Shown: piece after piece, positions 24,001-37,200 of the stretch | Position numbering within the stretch: the stretch's first letter is position 1 | Layout of the letters: each line of letters opens with the position of its first letter | Assembly (NCBI GenBank): GCA_001687465.1 | Contig: LVLI01000336.1 | Location: 62,001-126,000, forward strand | Length of the DNA stretch: 64,000 bases | Direction of reading: 5' to 3' | Source of the DNA: Halocafeteria seosinensis | Taxonomy: Eukaryota | Translations under genes and position numbers: made by a program | The notes under the pieces: model-generated | What the model saw: only the letters and a program-made list of their open reading frames with translations | Databases searched by the model: none | What the model was told of the DNA's origin: nothing

Positions 24001-27000
24001 GAAACTCCGGAAGTGCGCCACATGGGGTCAGCAGGATTCGTTAGCTCGTTTTTCCCGTGTATTAGATTGTAACTGGAGTCCGTTATGCTCTTCCGTGTTG
24101 TATCTCGTAGCTCAGGCATATGAGTAAGTGAAGGGCGCCAGTTTGAGGGAGCAGAGCCAAGCTGTTTCAGGCTCTTCATCGAAATGTCACCCAGACCAGC
24201 TGTCCCAGCCGCCTGCTGCTCTCGCTGGGCAGCAATCGCTCTCTTCTTGGAATAGTCGGTAGCTCTTTCTATCAAGCCAGACTGAACAAGTTTTGTGTAC
24301 CCTTCAGGTCCCACCCCAGCTGGGCTCTTGCCGGTTACTATGGCTTCCCCTAGTTGATTGTCCATTCGTTCTCTGACCAGAAGACTTTCAATGGTATCTG
24401 CGAATGCTTCTACAAAGGCATCAGCTACAGTCCTAGCGTTGGCCTGGATTATTTTGTTCTTGATTTCCTGGTATTGCTGCTCAACTTTTTCGTCTTCTTT
24501 CTTGCTTTGAGTAGATGGACGCGTGTTTTCATCATCGAAGTCGTTGCCTTCATGGCCTCCTTCGGAAGTTTCCTTGACCTTGGTTTCAACCTCACTGAGA
24601 GTACTGCCCGCAGTCTCTGCCCGTTCTTGGGAAGCTTCATTCGCATACTCGAGTAGCTTCAGTCGGCGCTCTTCCTCTAGGCGGTCTCGTCTTTCCAACA
24701 TTAGTTTCGTAGCCGGATCTACCGTGTTACTGGAGTCCCCCCGGGCTTTAACTATCCCTCTTATGGTTTGCTGGTCGACATGCTGTAAGATTCCAGCCAC
24801 CACAGTAGCGCGAAGTCGGCCTTCTTCATCCCACAAAGCTCCTCCGATGTTATATTGACGTGAGGGTGCATTTGCTGCCTCTGGTTCATAAACTTGTGAC
24901 TCGGATTTAACAGATCCCGGAGAAGGCCGTGATTCTCTGTAGACTGAGCTGTTGTCAAATGTTTCCGTACTCTGCGGCTCAACAGGGAAACCACTTTTCT
25001 CAGGAAAGTGCAGTGGTGAGAATCCACCCAGCGAATGAGCAGGCGAGGCGGAGTTGGCACTGTCCCCCTTTGTGTCGGTATCCAATTGAACTGCCGCATT
25101 GTCTGTGGTCTTGGCAGTAAACTCTAAAGGTCCCTTGTACTTTTTCCGAGGACGTGGGATAGAGTACTGCCCGATGGGAGGAAGCCTTACCCCATCCGTC
25201 GAAATTGTTTTCTCGAACTTTTCCTGTTGAGACGGATCGGCCAATTTCTTGGTTAAATCACTGGGGAGCAAGTAGTCACATGGATGCGATCCATCTATGG
25301 GACTGTAGAGCTGCTGTTTATGCGCCGTTTTAAGGTGTTCTCTCGCTATTGGAGGACCTTGGGTAATATTCAGATACCTTTGATGCTCCTTTGTTTCCTC
25401 ATCCTCTGAGTCATATTCTGTATCGTCGATGGAATCATAGTTTCGGAATTCTGCCTCTTTACCTTGCTGTTGGTCCGATTCAAATTTCTCTTTCTCCGAA
25501 AAATACTGAGACTTATCGGGCTGGGCAATAAAAGTAGCACCAAGATTTTTCTTACGATTTTCCGATGGTTGAAGATACAATTGCTCAAGCAAAATTAGTT
25601 TTGAGTCGGTATCCGTCAATGGCGCCCGTTGTTCAGTCCCCTTGTTTGAATACGAATCTTTAGCCTTCTTCCATTCCTCGGTGAGAGAACTATGTTTCTG
25701 AGTCTCTCGCTGTACACGGACTAGTTGGTCAATGAATGTCTTCTTCTGCACGGCCGTTTTCTGCTTAAAGCGATCGTACTTTTCCATCTCCGCGTTCACC
25801 TGGGTGAGCAGACCCCATACATCGCCAGTTTGAAGAAAAGAATCAGCCAACTCCCTCATGCGAGGGTGAGAAAGGAATCCCTGTTGCCTCCGCATATACG
25901 CTTCCCTTCTTCCCAGCATTCCTCGTAGCATCCGTTGGATTTCCGTAGCGGCGCGATGCTCCTTGGCCTGTCTTCTTTTCCTTGCTCGTTCCAGTTTACG
26001 CTGCCTCTCCAGTTCGTAGTTTTCCGTTTCTTTTCTGGCTTGGGCCCACCATTCATCCCTATTCTTATAGACTGACCAACATCGAGCAGCAGATTGGATC
26101 CGCACAGATGCAACATCTTGAGCAATTCTAGCATGGTGCTCCCGCATACGTGTGTACCACTTTCGCACGAAGAAACCTCGTACGAACCTTTGGATGATTC
26201 GTGCAGTCCTGGACCTGAAACTAGCAATATAGAGCGGTAAAATGTATTTTCTCGTGAAGAACCCGTGCCATGCTGCTTGGATAACCACTGCCGCCGACTC
26301 CAACAGCAGATACTGCCGTAACTCGCGAGTGCGCTTACGTGCTAGAAATCCTCTTCCAATCCTTGTGATTAGTGTCCCCGCTATTTGGTACAGGAAAAGG
26401 AGGGTTACTTTATCTTTCTTCAGCAGGAAGTCCCGTTCATGATGGAATTTGGTCAACACGGGATAAACCATAGGATAAACCTGCTCCAGGCGAACACGCT
26501 GCATGGAGCCGTGGATCACATCGGTATCAAAGTAGGCTTCTTCGCCAGGGCCAAACACAGTCTCATAAGGGTCTTCAAGAGACATCAGCAACTGGCATCG
26601 TCGCGCCTGCTTCTTTTGTATATCCCTGATGTGTCTGCCGAGGATACGTCGAGCGTCCTGCAGAGCTAACCTTTGTCGCCTCCACAGCTGCATTGTTGGT
26701 CCGTAAGTGTTTTCCATGTGTTGCGGCAAAACGAGCGTCATCTTGCTGAACCAAATGACGTTATTCTCGATAATGAACTGCACATATCTCCCAGCGCTCT
26801 TGAGGTCCGCTGCCTCTATCGAGGGAGACAATGGAAGCATGGCCGGTCTAGGAGCTGTACAAAAGAAACAAATACTCCCCGTGGATATGATGCTCGTAAA
26901 CATGTCGTTGTCGTTGAGGATCCAGCTTACCATTGATGCTTCCAGGAGGCCCCAGGTCAAAATTTGTTTTAAAGATTGTAGCGCCAATGTGGTGCAAAGG

Positions 27001-27087
27001 CACCGGGTAGTCTAATGTGGAACTTGGTACCCCTTTCTTTTTGTTGGGGCTCTCCGTTTTCCCATTATTCCCTGCTGTCGACGACAT
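21078..27087 (-). CDS. Giant (~1,980 aa) IQ calmodulin-binding-motif protein; one intron 26930-26855
   Basis: 5.8-kb open exon with IQ motifs IQAAWHGFFTRK, IQRFVRGFFVRK, IQSAARCW and IQRMLRGMLGRR. The first exon (MSSTAGNN..SIN) splices in frame to APRPAML. Confidence 0.85.
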
Positions 27088-27761
27088 CGTGCGCCCTTGT
27101 TGCCCCTTTTAGAGGTCTATTTTCCTCCTCTCGGTCAGTCTCCAAGGGCAGGCGCCAGCCAGCAACCAACGTTGAGACCAAATACGAAAGAAGTACCTCC
27201 TATTAGCTCTGTAAAGCAGTGATTATAGTCATGTAGCTCGTGGAGACCGTTGAGCTATTGAGGCAAAGCTCAATGCAACGGACCACACTGCAAAAGCGGC
27301 TGCTGCATTGGTTCACACGGCCATAAAATTGTATTGCACTGTTAACAAAGTAAAAGCCTGTTGGATGTCTGTATTGTGGCTTATGAGTCTGACTGTGGTG
27401 GATACAACATACACATTTCGAGAAGTAGCAAACTTTCCGCATGTTCACCACTTCATTGAGTGACTTCCAAGCTCCATACACGTAAATGCGTGGAATGGCT
27501 AGTGCGTCACTCTAGCATTATCGTGGAAACGCAAGATCCACGTTATACATGCCAGAGGGAGTTTGCTCAAAAATACCTTCCGGATGATCGTTTACTACCT
27601 GACATATAGCTTGGTTGGATCGGTCACGCAAAGAGTAATAAAGGCTATCATAAAGCACGTGCTATGACTAACAACGTAGTGAACGTGTGCCGTTTAAGCG
27701 TGTACATTGGTATATCCACCTTAAAGAAACAGATACAAGAAGTCTAACCCGGTAGAACAAA

Positions 27762-28883
27762 TTAGAAGAACCCTTTCACTCCGGCCCTCGAAGTAGCAGC
27801 GGTAAGACTCGCCGCAAGACTCACTGCATTTATGTCCAAGTGCTCCTGCCAACTGCCAACGCTTTGGTTGTCTTCCTTACTCCAAAAGCTTTCAATTGTC
27901 TCCGCCATTGGCATATACTCATTTAGTTGGCTTAGGTCAACCGAACTAGAGCTTGGTAGACTGCCGGTCACACGTAGACCTAAACTCAGACCACATTCCC
28001 GAAAAGCCAGTCTCCGAGTTGCAGGTTTTACTAACGATTCGTTGTTCTTATATATCTTAAGTCCTTTTTTGCAATCTTTATAGAGTTTAGACGGAAGAAG
28101 AGAAGAAGGAAGGCCATCGTTTTGCTCTTCCAATTCCATGGCCCGGGGAATACTAAGCAGTAGACCTCCCAGACCCAGCGGGTCAGACGTCTTCCAATCC
28201 ATCTGTGCACAGAGCGCATCCATCTTTACGATTACGTCATCTAGTTCCGCAGCTTTATCTGGAACACTCTGTTTCGCCTGACGAGCCAGTATTCCTCCTT
28301 CTAGAGGATCGTGGGCTCCCATGAAGGGCACTGACGGCCTCGATAGATCTGTACTCATTTTCCAGTACATATGGGGGCGCTCACCTCGCTTCCCGATAAA
28401 CCGTCCACCTGCTATTGTCAACTCAGCGGCCCAAACTAGATATTTTGGATCGGAAGTCTCTTTTCCAGTGTGCAGCAGAGCATGAATCCATCTCGTGATG
28501 TAGTGAAAATACTGACCATCTCGATCCCACTCATCGTCTTCATGAAAAGGCTCACTCTCAGCTCGCTCAGATTTGGGCTTGCCGATACGGAGTCCACCAA
28601 TCGTTGGGTGATCACGGCCTTCGTCTTCTGACAGTCCACTTATCCATCCCTTGCGTGAGTCATCTTCCCGGAATCGACCGAGCACGTTATGAACTTCATC
28701 TATCAGTGTCAAAGCCATATGTCGATAGCGCTCTTCGCCGGTGATGTGACTCAATCCCAGAAAAGTTTGTACGGCGAACGCATCTGTCCATAAATACCTT
28801 CGCCTCCTATTTCCGGAGCCTTGCAGTCCTGTACGGGCCGCAAAATCCTCCATTAGTTTCTTCGCGGTATCCAGTTTCGTCAT
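27762..28883 (-). CDS. Intronless conserved hypothetical protein of prokaryote type (possible alpha/alpha-barrel enzyme fold)
   Basis: 373-aa ORF from ATG 28883 with motif blocks RYLWTDAFAV, GGLRIGK, DRDGQYFHY..RW.HAL, YWKMSTDLSRP, HDPL, RLAFRE.GL and W.EH.DINAV.LA. Confidence 0.8.
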   Translation of the reverse strand: MTKLDTAKKLMEDFAARTGLQGSGNRRRRYLWTDAFAVQTFLGLSHITGEERYRHMALTLIDEVHNVLGRFREDDSRKGWISGLSEDEGRDHPTIGGLRIGKPKSERAESEPFHEDDEWDRDGQYFHYITRWIHALLHTGKETSDPKYLVWAAELTIAGGRFIGKRGERPHMYWKMSTDLSRPSVPFMGAHDPLEGGILARQAKQSVPDKAAELDDVIVKMDALCAQMDWKTSDPLGLGGLLLSIPRAMELEEQNDGLPSSLLPSKLYKDCKKGLKIYKNNESLVKPATRRLAFRECGLSLGLRVTGSLPSSSSVDLSQLNEYMPMAETIESFWSKEDNQSVGSWQEHLDINAVSLAASLTAATSRAGVKGFF

Positions 28884-29508
28884 CTTCAACTGCGATGTTT
28901 GTGCGTTTAAAAATATTGTGGCTCACTTTCACCAATGGTTCTGACCACTCAGAACGATATGTGTATCAGCTTAATCGAGTCAATCCAATCAGAAAAGTCA
29001 AATTGCTTAGACAATGTATAGTGTCCGACTCCAGGCTGGGAACGCTTGAGTGACGTGTTAAACCGTACCGAAATTTCCTGTTCCATGTAGACAAATAGGT
29101 CCTGAAGTCCATGTACAAGTGGCCTGCGACCGGCGTGCAACTATTTTTTGTTCCTAAATTGCCGACCTTAGATGAGAGATCGTGTTTTGCAACCCACATT
29201 GACTTGTTGACAAGTTGTTGAAGTTAATGGACCATAATAATGGTGTCGCGGATGTTCAAGGGACGGTCTCAAGCAGACTCTCAAACATGACTGCGCCCGT
29301 CCGGTGTACCATTCCGCTTCAGAAAACATGCAATACTCCCAAGAAGACAGCTGTCAAGCTTGGTAGCAATAAGCTAGCCACTACTGTCGTGTATAAGCGA
29401 TAAGTTGCCAACCCTGAATTCATGAAGCACGATCTACATGCTCCATCTTTGGACTCCAGTGTCTATTAGTACCGATAAGCCGAATATTTCCTTAACACTG
29501 CAACTTCA

Positions 29509-29808
29509 TTCAAAAGCTGCATAATGTTATAGCTTATTGGCACCGAAGTTGAACCTCAGTTCCTCAGCTGCCACTTACAATTCAAACACGATTCAAATTC
29601 AAATACATTTCCAATTCACTCAGTCATTGATAATGAGTGAAGCACATGTTGTTTCAGGGCAACCACCACAATCGATACTCAATTGAAAAGGGATCTTCCT
29701 TTGTGGAGTTCGACTGTGATTGTATTGTGGTGTATAACAAACAACAACCTACCTACCTACCCGAGCGTTAGGTCAACGGCCAAGTACTGCGCGCCTTCCA
29801 TTTGAAAT
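29509..29808 (+). promoter_or_regulatory. Putative cell-cycle promoter: five TTTGAA/TTCAAA (CHR-like) sites, CAACGG (MYB-like) and GCGCGC
   Basis: TTCAAA at 29509, 29581, 29592 and 29598; CAACGG at 29774; GCGCGC at 29789; TTTGAAAT at 29801; ATG at 29847. Confidence 0.35.
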
Positions 29809-29846
29809 ACACGGCTGTCTTCCATCGAGGGTTTCACCTCTAAAGA

Positions 29847-32380
29847 ATGGATTTCTCGCAAGAACTTTACCCGACCCAGATGGAGAATTCAATGATGCAA
29901 CAGGAGAGCCCAGCGGAATCGTCGAAATCGAGGCATGTGATTAAAGAAATCCGTGTTTTCTTTGATACTGACGACTCTCAGGAGAGTCAGAGTCAGGAGA
30001 ACGAAGATGAGGACATGCAGCTATCCCAGGACCTGCTGTTCCCCCAATCCCAGCATCGTTTGCAACAAAGAAAACAACATAGTAACAAGAAAACGTCGAC
30101 GTCTAAGCGAGGTACCTCTAGAAAAGGTGGAAATAAGCCAAAGTCAACATCGAGAAGCACCAGTCAGCAAACTGGAATTCAAACAGAGGCTGGAGACGTT
30201 AAGATTCATAGAAGGACGGATCCTTCTTCCAACACGCCTTATATTTCACTTACCTGTACAGAATTCACAGGCGAAATAAATCTTGAATCCATTTTGAACA
30301 GTAAGTGCGTCAACGTTTCCCTGGTATACATGTTAAAGATGGCACAGGATCCTTCCGTACTACAGCGGGGACAAAGGCGAGCAATGATGCTTTGATGGGC
30401 ACCGAGTCTGACAACCAAGACTTCGATTCAATGTGGGTGGATGCAATGCAAGACATGCAAAAATCGCAAGAGCGCAGCATAGACGACAAGATTAGCGAGG
30501 CACAGAAGCACGCGCGTGAAAATGTTAACTTTGCAAAATCGCGTTCCACATACTCCCCTGCCAATGGCGCAGTAGATCCAACAGATGTTTCGCCGGCGTC
30601 AAACGCCAACTCGGTAGAAAAGAAAGCGGTTTCGTTTGCTGAACCGCTACATAGCGTCATGAATGCAGACAATACCACTGGGAGAAAGCATCGCCGAGAA
30701 AGTGAACCTGAAGACATCAATGCATTAATAAAGTCCCAGAAGAAATTGAACAAGAAGAATCGCAGTTCCTCTAGTACTACGGAAAACGAACAGCAGAAGA
30801 TGACGGAGGATGGTCCTAGCCCGTATCCCTTAGTGTGTGTTGGTAGTGTACTGTCGGTTGGCGCTAAGTATGGAAAGGCAGATAAATACGAGATGCAATC
30901 CGTTAAACTCAGCTCTGAGAATACTGGCGGAAAGGCACCATCGAAACGGTGGGGTCATCGATGTGTGAGCATTAGCAACAAGAAGCTCCTAGTATATGGT
31001 GGGGAGACCTCTGAGGATAATACTGCTGTAGCGGACGAGGCGATGGTAGCGAAAGGTGACACGCATCTTTTTGATATAGAGAACATGCGTTGGGAAAACT
31101 GTACCACCACGGATGTAAGTGTCAAATCTCCAAGATTGCTACTTGAACGTATGTAGCTATATGTATCATCGTTGCAGGGTGAGCAACGAGCTTGGCATGG
31201 CTTGGTTTCTTTGGGGGATCGAGCCTTTGCCTTTGGTGGTGAGCGGCAAACAAAACTAGGGACCGAACAGTGCACCTCAGCAATGGTATGGATGCCCCGT
31301 ATTCCAGCAAAACTGTAACTAAACAGTACACTACTTTGGCTTCTCTGCAGTTTTTTGACACTATGTTGAATCTATGGTACCGCGCTGAAGATGCTGGAAC
31401 TCCTCCAACTGCTCGTGCAGGTCACAGTCTGTGTGTTGTGGAGGGGGATGGTGATCACAAGGCTTCGTACAAGAAAGAACTCAGCGGTATTAATTCTGCC
31501 AAAGAGTTACAGCAGTGGATATCCGAAAAGATCTGGCAGGAAAGTAATAGTGCCAACGAATACTCTTCGCAGAAAGTAGTTGCGTTCGGAGGTATCGCTA
31601 GGAGAAAGTGGACGAACGAGCTGTTCTGCTTAGACGTTGACACGATGAAATGGCGCGTAGTCAAGCCCAAGGGAACTGCCCCTTCTCCTCGCTGCTATCA
31701 CTCTGCGGTGGGAATGGGCAGCACCATGGTCGTCTTTGGTGGAAACGACGAAGACAAGTCCTTTAATGACGTGTACGTGCTTGATACGTCAACTGAGCCT
31801 TGGGTATGGGTTCGTCCTTGTGTAGTCGGAGAACCTCCACAAGCTCGTACCGGACACGTTGCGCTTAAGGTATCTCCTCGCCATGTAAGTTAAGAATCAT
31901 ACGCACGGTAGCATAACTCTTTTGTTTAGAAGTGTCGCATTTGTTAAACAGATATTAGTTACTGGAGGTTGGGATCCAAATGCTGAAGGTGATGCTCTCA
32001 CTCTATTCAACGACAGCTTTCTCCTCGACTGTGAGGAATGGGAATGGATCAAAATTCAGTCTACAAGCTTTAGTCTGTCGAAAGATGGGGCCCCTATTGC
32101 CGGGAGTAGTCCCTTGGCAACTGGACGTACGGGACACAGCGGAGTAACGGTGAATCTAATCGATGAATCCGGCAGTCTCGGTGAGAACACTGCCGATTTC
32201 ATAAATCCTGCATGCGTGGTTTTTGGAGGAGTCAAGGAAGATGAATGTCGGCACAACGATATCGCTGTACTCATGATGCCAACTATCGTCCGTGATGCAT
32301 GGGACTCCTATTTCCAAGATGTCAATCCGCGGCTTTCCGTCAGTCCGATTCCTATGGCAAACTTGGACGATATACAATGA
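29847..32380 (+). CDS. Kelch-repeat protein with long SQ/TQ-rich N-terminal region (multi-exon)
   Basis: PSKRWGH..LLVYGG, PTARAGHSL, PSPRCYHSA..MVVFGG, PQARTGH..ILVTGGWD, GRTGHS..VVFGG. Confidence 0.9.
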
Positions 32381-32825
32381 GAATCTCAAACATTGGGTAA
32401 TGGCGGACTGGACCGTAAGTCTCACTTGCGGGCATGCTTAATATGCCCTGAGTTTTTATCATTTTTAGTTCCAGTGTAGCCCCTTCCTGCGTCATACAAT
32501 AAGTAGCAAGTGCGACTTATCCTCGTCAAAGAGAAAATGAAAATCAAATTGGTTTACACCACTGTTGCAAAGAAATCCAGGACCTCAATGTTGTGTGCCG
32601 TGGCAAGTAGGCCTGTGCCGCAACCTCAATTATGACTTAATCATTTCACCCTTGGTGAAGTCGCCAGTCAGTGCGACGCCAGAGTTTGTCTGTGAAGTTA
32701 ACTAAACAGCTGCTAACATACTAAAATACACCACATGTGATACCATTGGCATCTCAGAGTGGGTTCAATATTGCTCATACACATTGTGCCCGTTTCAAGC
32801 GGGGTATATAGAGCAAATAGGAACC

Positions 32826-33793
32826 ATGGAAGAGGAGGATACGGGAGGCTTTGCTGAGCCGGAGGGATTCCAATCTTCGCATTATGAGGCGGTATGTAGA
32901 GTTCTACGCTTCAGCACCACGTACGCACATAATTCTTTGACCCCCTATTGTGTCACACGTCTGCAGAATCGAGTGAAAATGCTCCAGGAAATGGCGGATA
33001 AAGGCAGTCAGCGACTGTCATTCGGTAAGCCGACTTGAATAAATACACGCATGCATGGTTGGCTACTGCGCATTTCGAGTTTCTTCCAGAGGAATTCAAG
33101 AGACAAAGAAAAAGCGAAGTGGTGAGCGAAAGAGATAGCAAGGAGGCTAACCGAAAATTTCTGGAGGAATTGGCGGCCGATCGCGAACGCCGATTGAAGC
33201 GAAATACGCAACAGGAGGATGAATCGGATAATACCCACAAGCGCCATGGGAGATCGAAAAAGAGCAAAAAGTCGCGGCGGTACAGCTCCAGCAGCAGCAG
33301 CAGCAGTAATGACACTGCGAGCGCTACGGACGAGGACAGTGGAAGTGATCAACGAAAGCACAAACACAAGAAAAAATCATCTTCCAAAAAGAAGAAAAAG
33401 CATTCTCATCGTTCTAGTAGGCACAAGAAAAGTCGCTCAAGAGCTGAATCGGATGAGGACTCTGATAGCGATAGCAGCAAGGAGGAAACGCGTCACAGGA
33501 ATAAACACTGGAAACGACACCGAAGAGATTCAGATACCAAGGACCATGTAATATCGAAGGCTGAATCGACGAAGCACCGTTCAAAAGATAACTCCTCTTC
33601 GAAGGAGAAAGAGCACGGAGAAGTCGACGATTCTGATTCCTCCTTCAGTGCCGGCTCGGATGGTGGGCCTGTCAAATTGAGTGCATATTTTTACAAGGAT
33701 AGACATCCCGATGACGGTAACCACGAGAAGCACGAAGATCGCCGTAGCTCAAAGCAAAGGAAGCACAAACACAAGAGTAAGAGGCATCACTGA
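32826..33793 (+). CDS. Lys/Arg/Ser-rich nuclear protein, FAM133-like (3 exons)
   Basis: Spliced MEEEDTGG..SFEEFKRQRK..FLEELAADRERRL, then K/H/S-rich tracts and GPVKLSAYF. The family call is tentative. Confidence 0.6.
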
Positions 33794-34293
33794 TGCTAAC
33801 TGCACAACGGATATCAAGTTCATCTCTCTCTCTGCGAGAGGAACATGACCACACGATTTCTTTATTGGAGCTTGAGGGCATACTACGTTTGGAAAACGGC
33901 ACGCGCATTTCGTTAAGATTTATAGACTGACCGTCACCATGGGAGACGGAAAAGAAGCCAGAGTTACGTAACCAGTGTACCAACTTCGTTGTGTATGGTT
34001 TAACCTGAAGTATGGGACTGTAGGGCTTCTTGCTTCTACCAGTCGCCGGCTCGAGATTTGCGCCTGACAGAACTGGATCCCCTTCCACATACAAGTGAGA
34101 CTCAATAATATGAGTCAATATGCGTTGCACTTAAGTGTGTACATGCAGACTTAACAGAATACACAACTTTGACGAGTGACTTCGTCCAGTGTTCAAAAAC
34201 TTCGGTTGCTAGGATTTGGTTGAGTTTAGCTGATTATTTCATGTTTGATATTCAATTTGGCGTATCAACACACAGATTACCGCATGATAAAGT

Positions 34294-37200
34294 ATGTCAG
34301 TGCTACAATGCGCTCAAACCATTGCTGAGAGCTTGGCATTGCAAGCGCCCCAGCACGGGTTACAGTTAGATGAAGCTGTTGAGCTACTTTCACAGGATAC
34401 AGTCTCCTCTTCCACAGCTACAGAGCGCCAGCAGGAGGATGAAGGCCGTTCGTACGTCCGTGCGCTTACTACGGGCGTCATTGAACAGCCTCATGACCTG
34501 TATAAGCAGGATTACTGGCGGGGACTGCTAGCCCAGGAGCCTCAAAGGAGGCATTTAATGCTAGCATTGGCGCTTCGAGAGGACATTCAGGTTCGTATAC
34601 GAGAACCTGAAAGAGGCAATACAGAAGAAGGACAGGACGCCTCTTGGGAAACTGTGGCGGCATTGATTCAATCGGAGGAATCGTTTGAAACTCGTAAGTG
34701 CACAGTCCAACTTTCACGCTCTGCTCTCCTGGATTCACGTAGAGCTCGATGACGCTGTATATGCAGTCTTATGTCGGATGGTCTTCTTACCATCGGAGGG
34801 TGCAGTGGCTGTGGAACGTGGGACGTCTCTTCCGGACGCAAAAATTGGAACTACCTCGCTGGAGATGTTATCGCTCGTGGCACAGGCGTACGTTGATGGT
34901 TATGGCTATGGCTAGCACGGACATGTTTTTTTTACTATTCAGTAATCTGTGTGATTGCTGTATGTTTTCAGTGGTCCCAAGGGGGTATCCGCCAAAGCTT
35001 TGATGGAAAAAATGGGAATCGACTCGAAGGCCGTGTTTTACCATGTTAGTCCTTGTTAGCCATCTGATGCTCGATACTTGCTTACCTTTGTCGATGCCCG
35101 CGACAGATGCTTCCGCTACTAGAGAGAGGGCTTGTCAACAAGAATACAGAGATGCAAGGCCGTTTGAATAGGTTCACACTCTTCCGATACAACCATACTG
35201 ATAACGTCAATAACACCACCAAGGCTGTATCTCAATTGGTGGATATTTTACGGGAAGTTTCTGGAAATGCCATTGTAAGCCCACGATGCACGTGTGTTCT
35301 GTTCAATCATCAAGTGATACCGTTTTAATTGTTACGCAGCGCGTTTCAGAAGCGTTGGAGATGCTAGCTCTGAACAGAACAGAAAAATCCAAGATTCGAG
35401 AGTACGTTTCTTCGACTCAGGTACGTTCTCTCGTGAACTAGTGTTACTGAATGGACCACTGCTATGCCCGTGTGCCACTTGCAGGATGCCACGTGCCCTA
35501 TTGAGACGGTTAGATTGAGAGAGTTATCTTCTGCGACTGCAGTCGGCGATGAAGAGGCGGACAATGATGACCATGCAGAGGGTGCTCTGGTTAACTGTTT
35601 CCGCCTGAAGCCCAATGCTCGAGAGGCGGGAACTGCCTCGTCTGAGCAGATTGACATTGGACCCAACTCCTTGGCCTCGTCGGATATCCTAAAAAGGCAA
35701 CTTCTGCCCAGCACGCAACCCTCGGGACAAGGCAGTTTATCGTCTGCTGCCTCTAAGCGCAGAAAAATCGGTCAAGTGAATTTTACCCAGGAAGCAATCG
35801 AGAGGATTACGCTAGCAGGGCCGGATGGGATACGATCTTCTGAGCTCCAACGGCAGCTGCGGGTGGGTGGAAAACTCTTCTACAGAATTCTGCTTGATCT
35901 ACGAAAACGATCTTCGGTCACTTCAGTACCCATTTCAGTTGGCAAACTCAATGAACAATGCTTGTTTTTGTCTTCGGAGATGGCAATGGCGAAGAAAAAT
36001 GGGACCGAATACCACCCTTCTACGGCAGACTCCCGCTTGATTGAATACCTTAGGGAAAACAGCAGTGTCTCCGATCAATATTCAACGACTAGAGATTCGA
36101 GAGTTGTGGTTTTGACAGAAAACAAGGTATGGGAGGTTGCTGAAAGTTTTACCAATGTTCAGCACTCTAGTACGCAATTTTGCAGAAGAAGAATCTTCGA
36201 GCACTAATAGAGTACACAGTCCGTAGGTGGAAGGTTGTACATCGCCATTTTCTGGGCAGTGTTGCTCGGGCATATGATGAGAGCGCATATAGCACTACCG
36301 TACGTGGTCCCAACTAATGCTTTGCTCTCGCATAAGACTCCAACGGAAGCTCTCCTTCGCAGATTGACAGGACTACGTTGCTCAATACACTAAGGCCCAT
36401 GGCCGCAGAAGGGAAACTGCTGCTTCACGAAGGAACCATATATCATCAAGCTTCGAACAAACCCTTGAAAATTCCCGTCGTAGCTGACCCGTCAGCGTCC
36501 GAAGAGGAGGTTGATGAATTTCTGAGAGGAAACGAGGAATGTCAACGTATCCATCCACGGTGGTATAGGGGATCCGTAAAATTGTTTAAGCTGCTAGGGA
36601 GAGGGAAATTGCCGTCAGTGGACCACGAGGAAGAAGTTTCGTCGGACTCGGAAGGTACGATTCAAGTCAAGTGGCTTAGGTGTCGCAACCGTGTAGTGTG
36701 GAGTACAAGTGTTGGTTCGCTCTATGCAGATGATCAACCAAATGACCGGGCTACAAAAATTCCAGAAGAAGGGAAAGTAGCATCGGTCGGAGCGTCCCGC
36801 TCCTTTTCTGTGACTGATACTGTCACTGGACGTGGTGAACAGACATCGTCGGTGGCACACGAGACAACTACTGCGCTGGTCTCGGACAGCAGTCAAAAAT
36901 CTGTTGTAACGAACGGGGACCATCTACAAGGCGAGCAGCTGGCACGTCTGACGGAGTCACGAATTCCGCTTCGGCTACAGAGCCTACAGAAACCTGCTGT
37001 TAGTTCTCGAATTTCCGGTCACACCACAGAGCGAATTTTAGCACCGTTGGTGAAGTGCCGAGGAGGAAAAGTTCTACGCGCAGCAGCACTACATTGCAGT
37101 ATCATACGCTATCTGCTCTCGAAGGCGAAGAGGTACCGACTCCCCTTGGATCGTTCGACTAGCTTTGACCTGAATGATTTCTTGTTACATTTTCGGGTTG

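Noticed and set aside
21126..27015. Many short plus-strand ORFs inside the giant IQ gene (and similar antisense ORFs elsewhere)
   Set aside because: These are antisense shadows of long coding exons with no independent motifs.
30301..30347. Apparent frameshift in the Kelch gene
   Set aside because: A GTAAGT donor with in-frame AG acceptors at 30338 or 30347 gives an ordinary short intron.
33286..33308. (AGC)n repeat
   Set aside because: It simply encodes a poly-Ser tract in a low-complexity protein.
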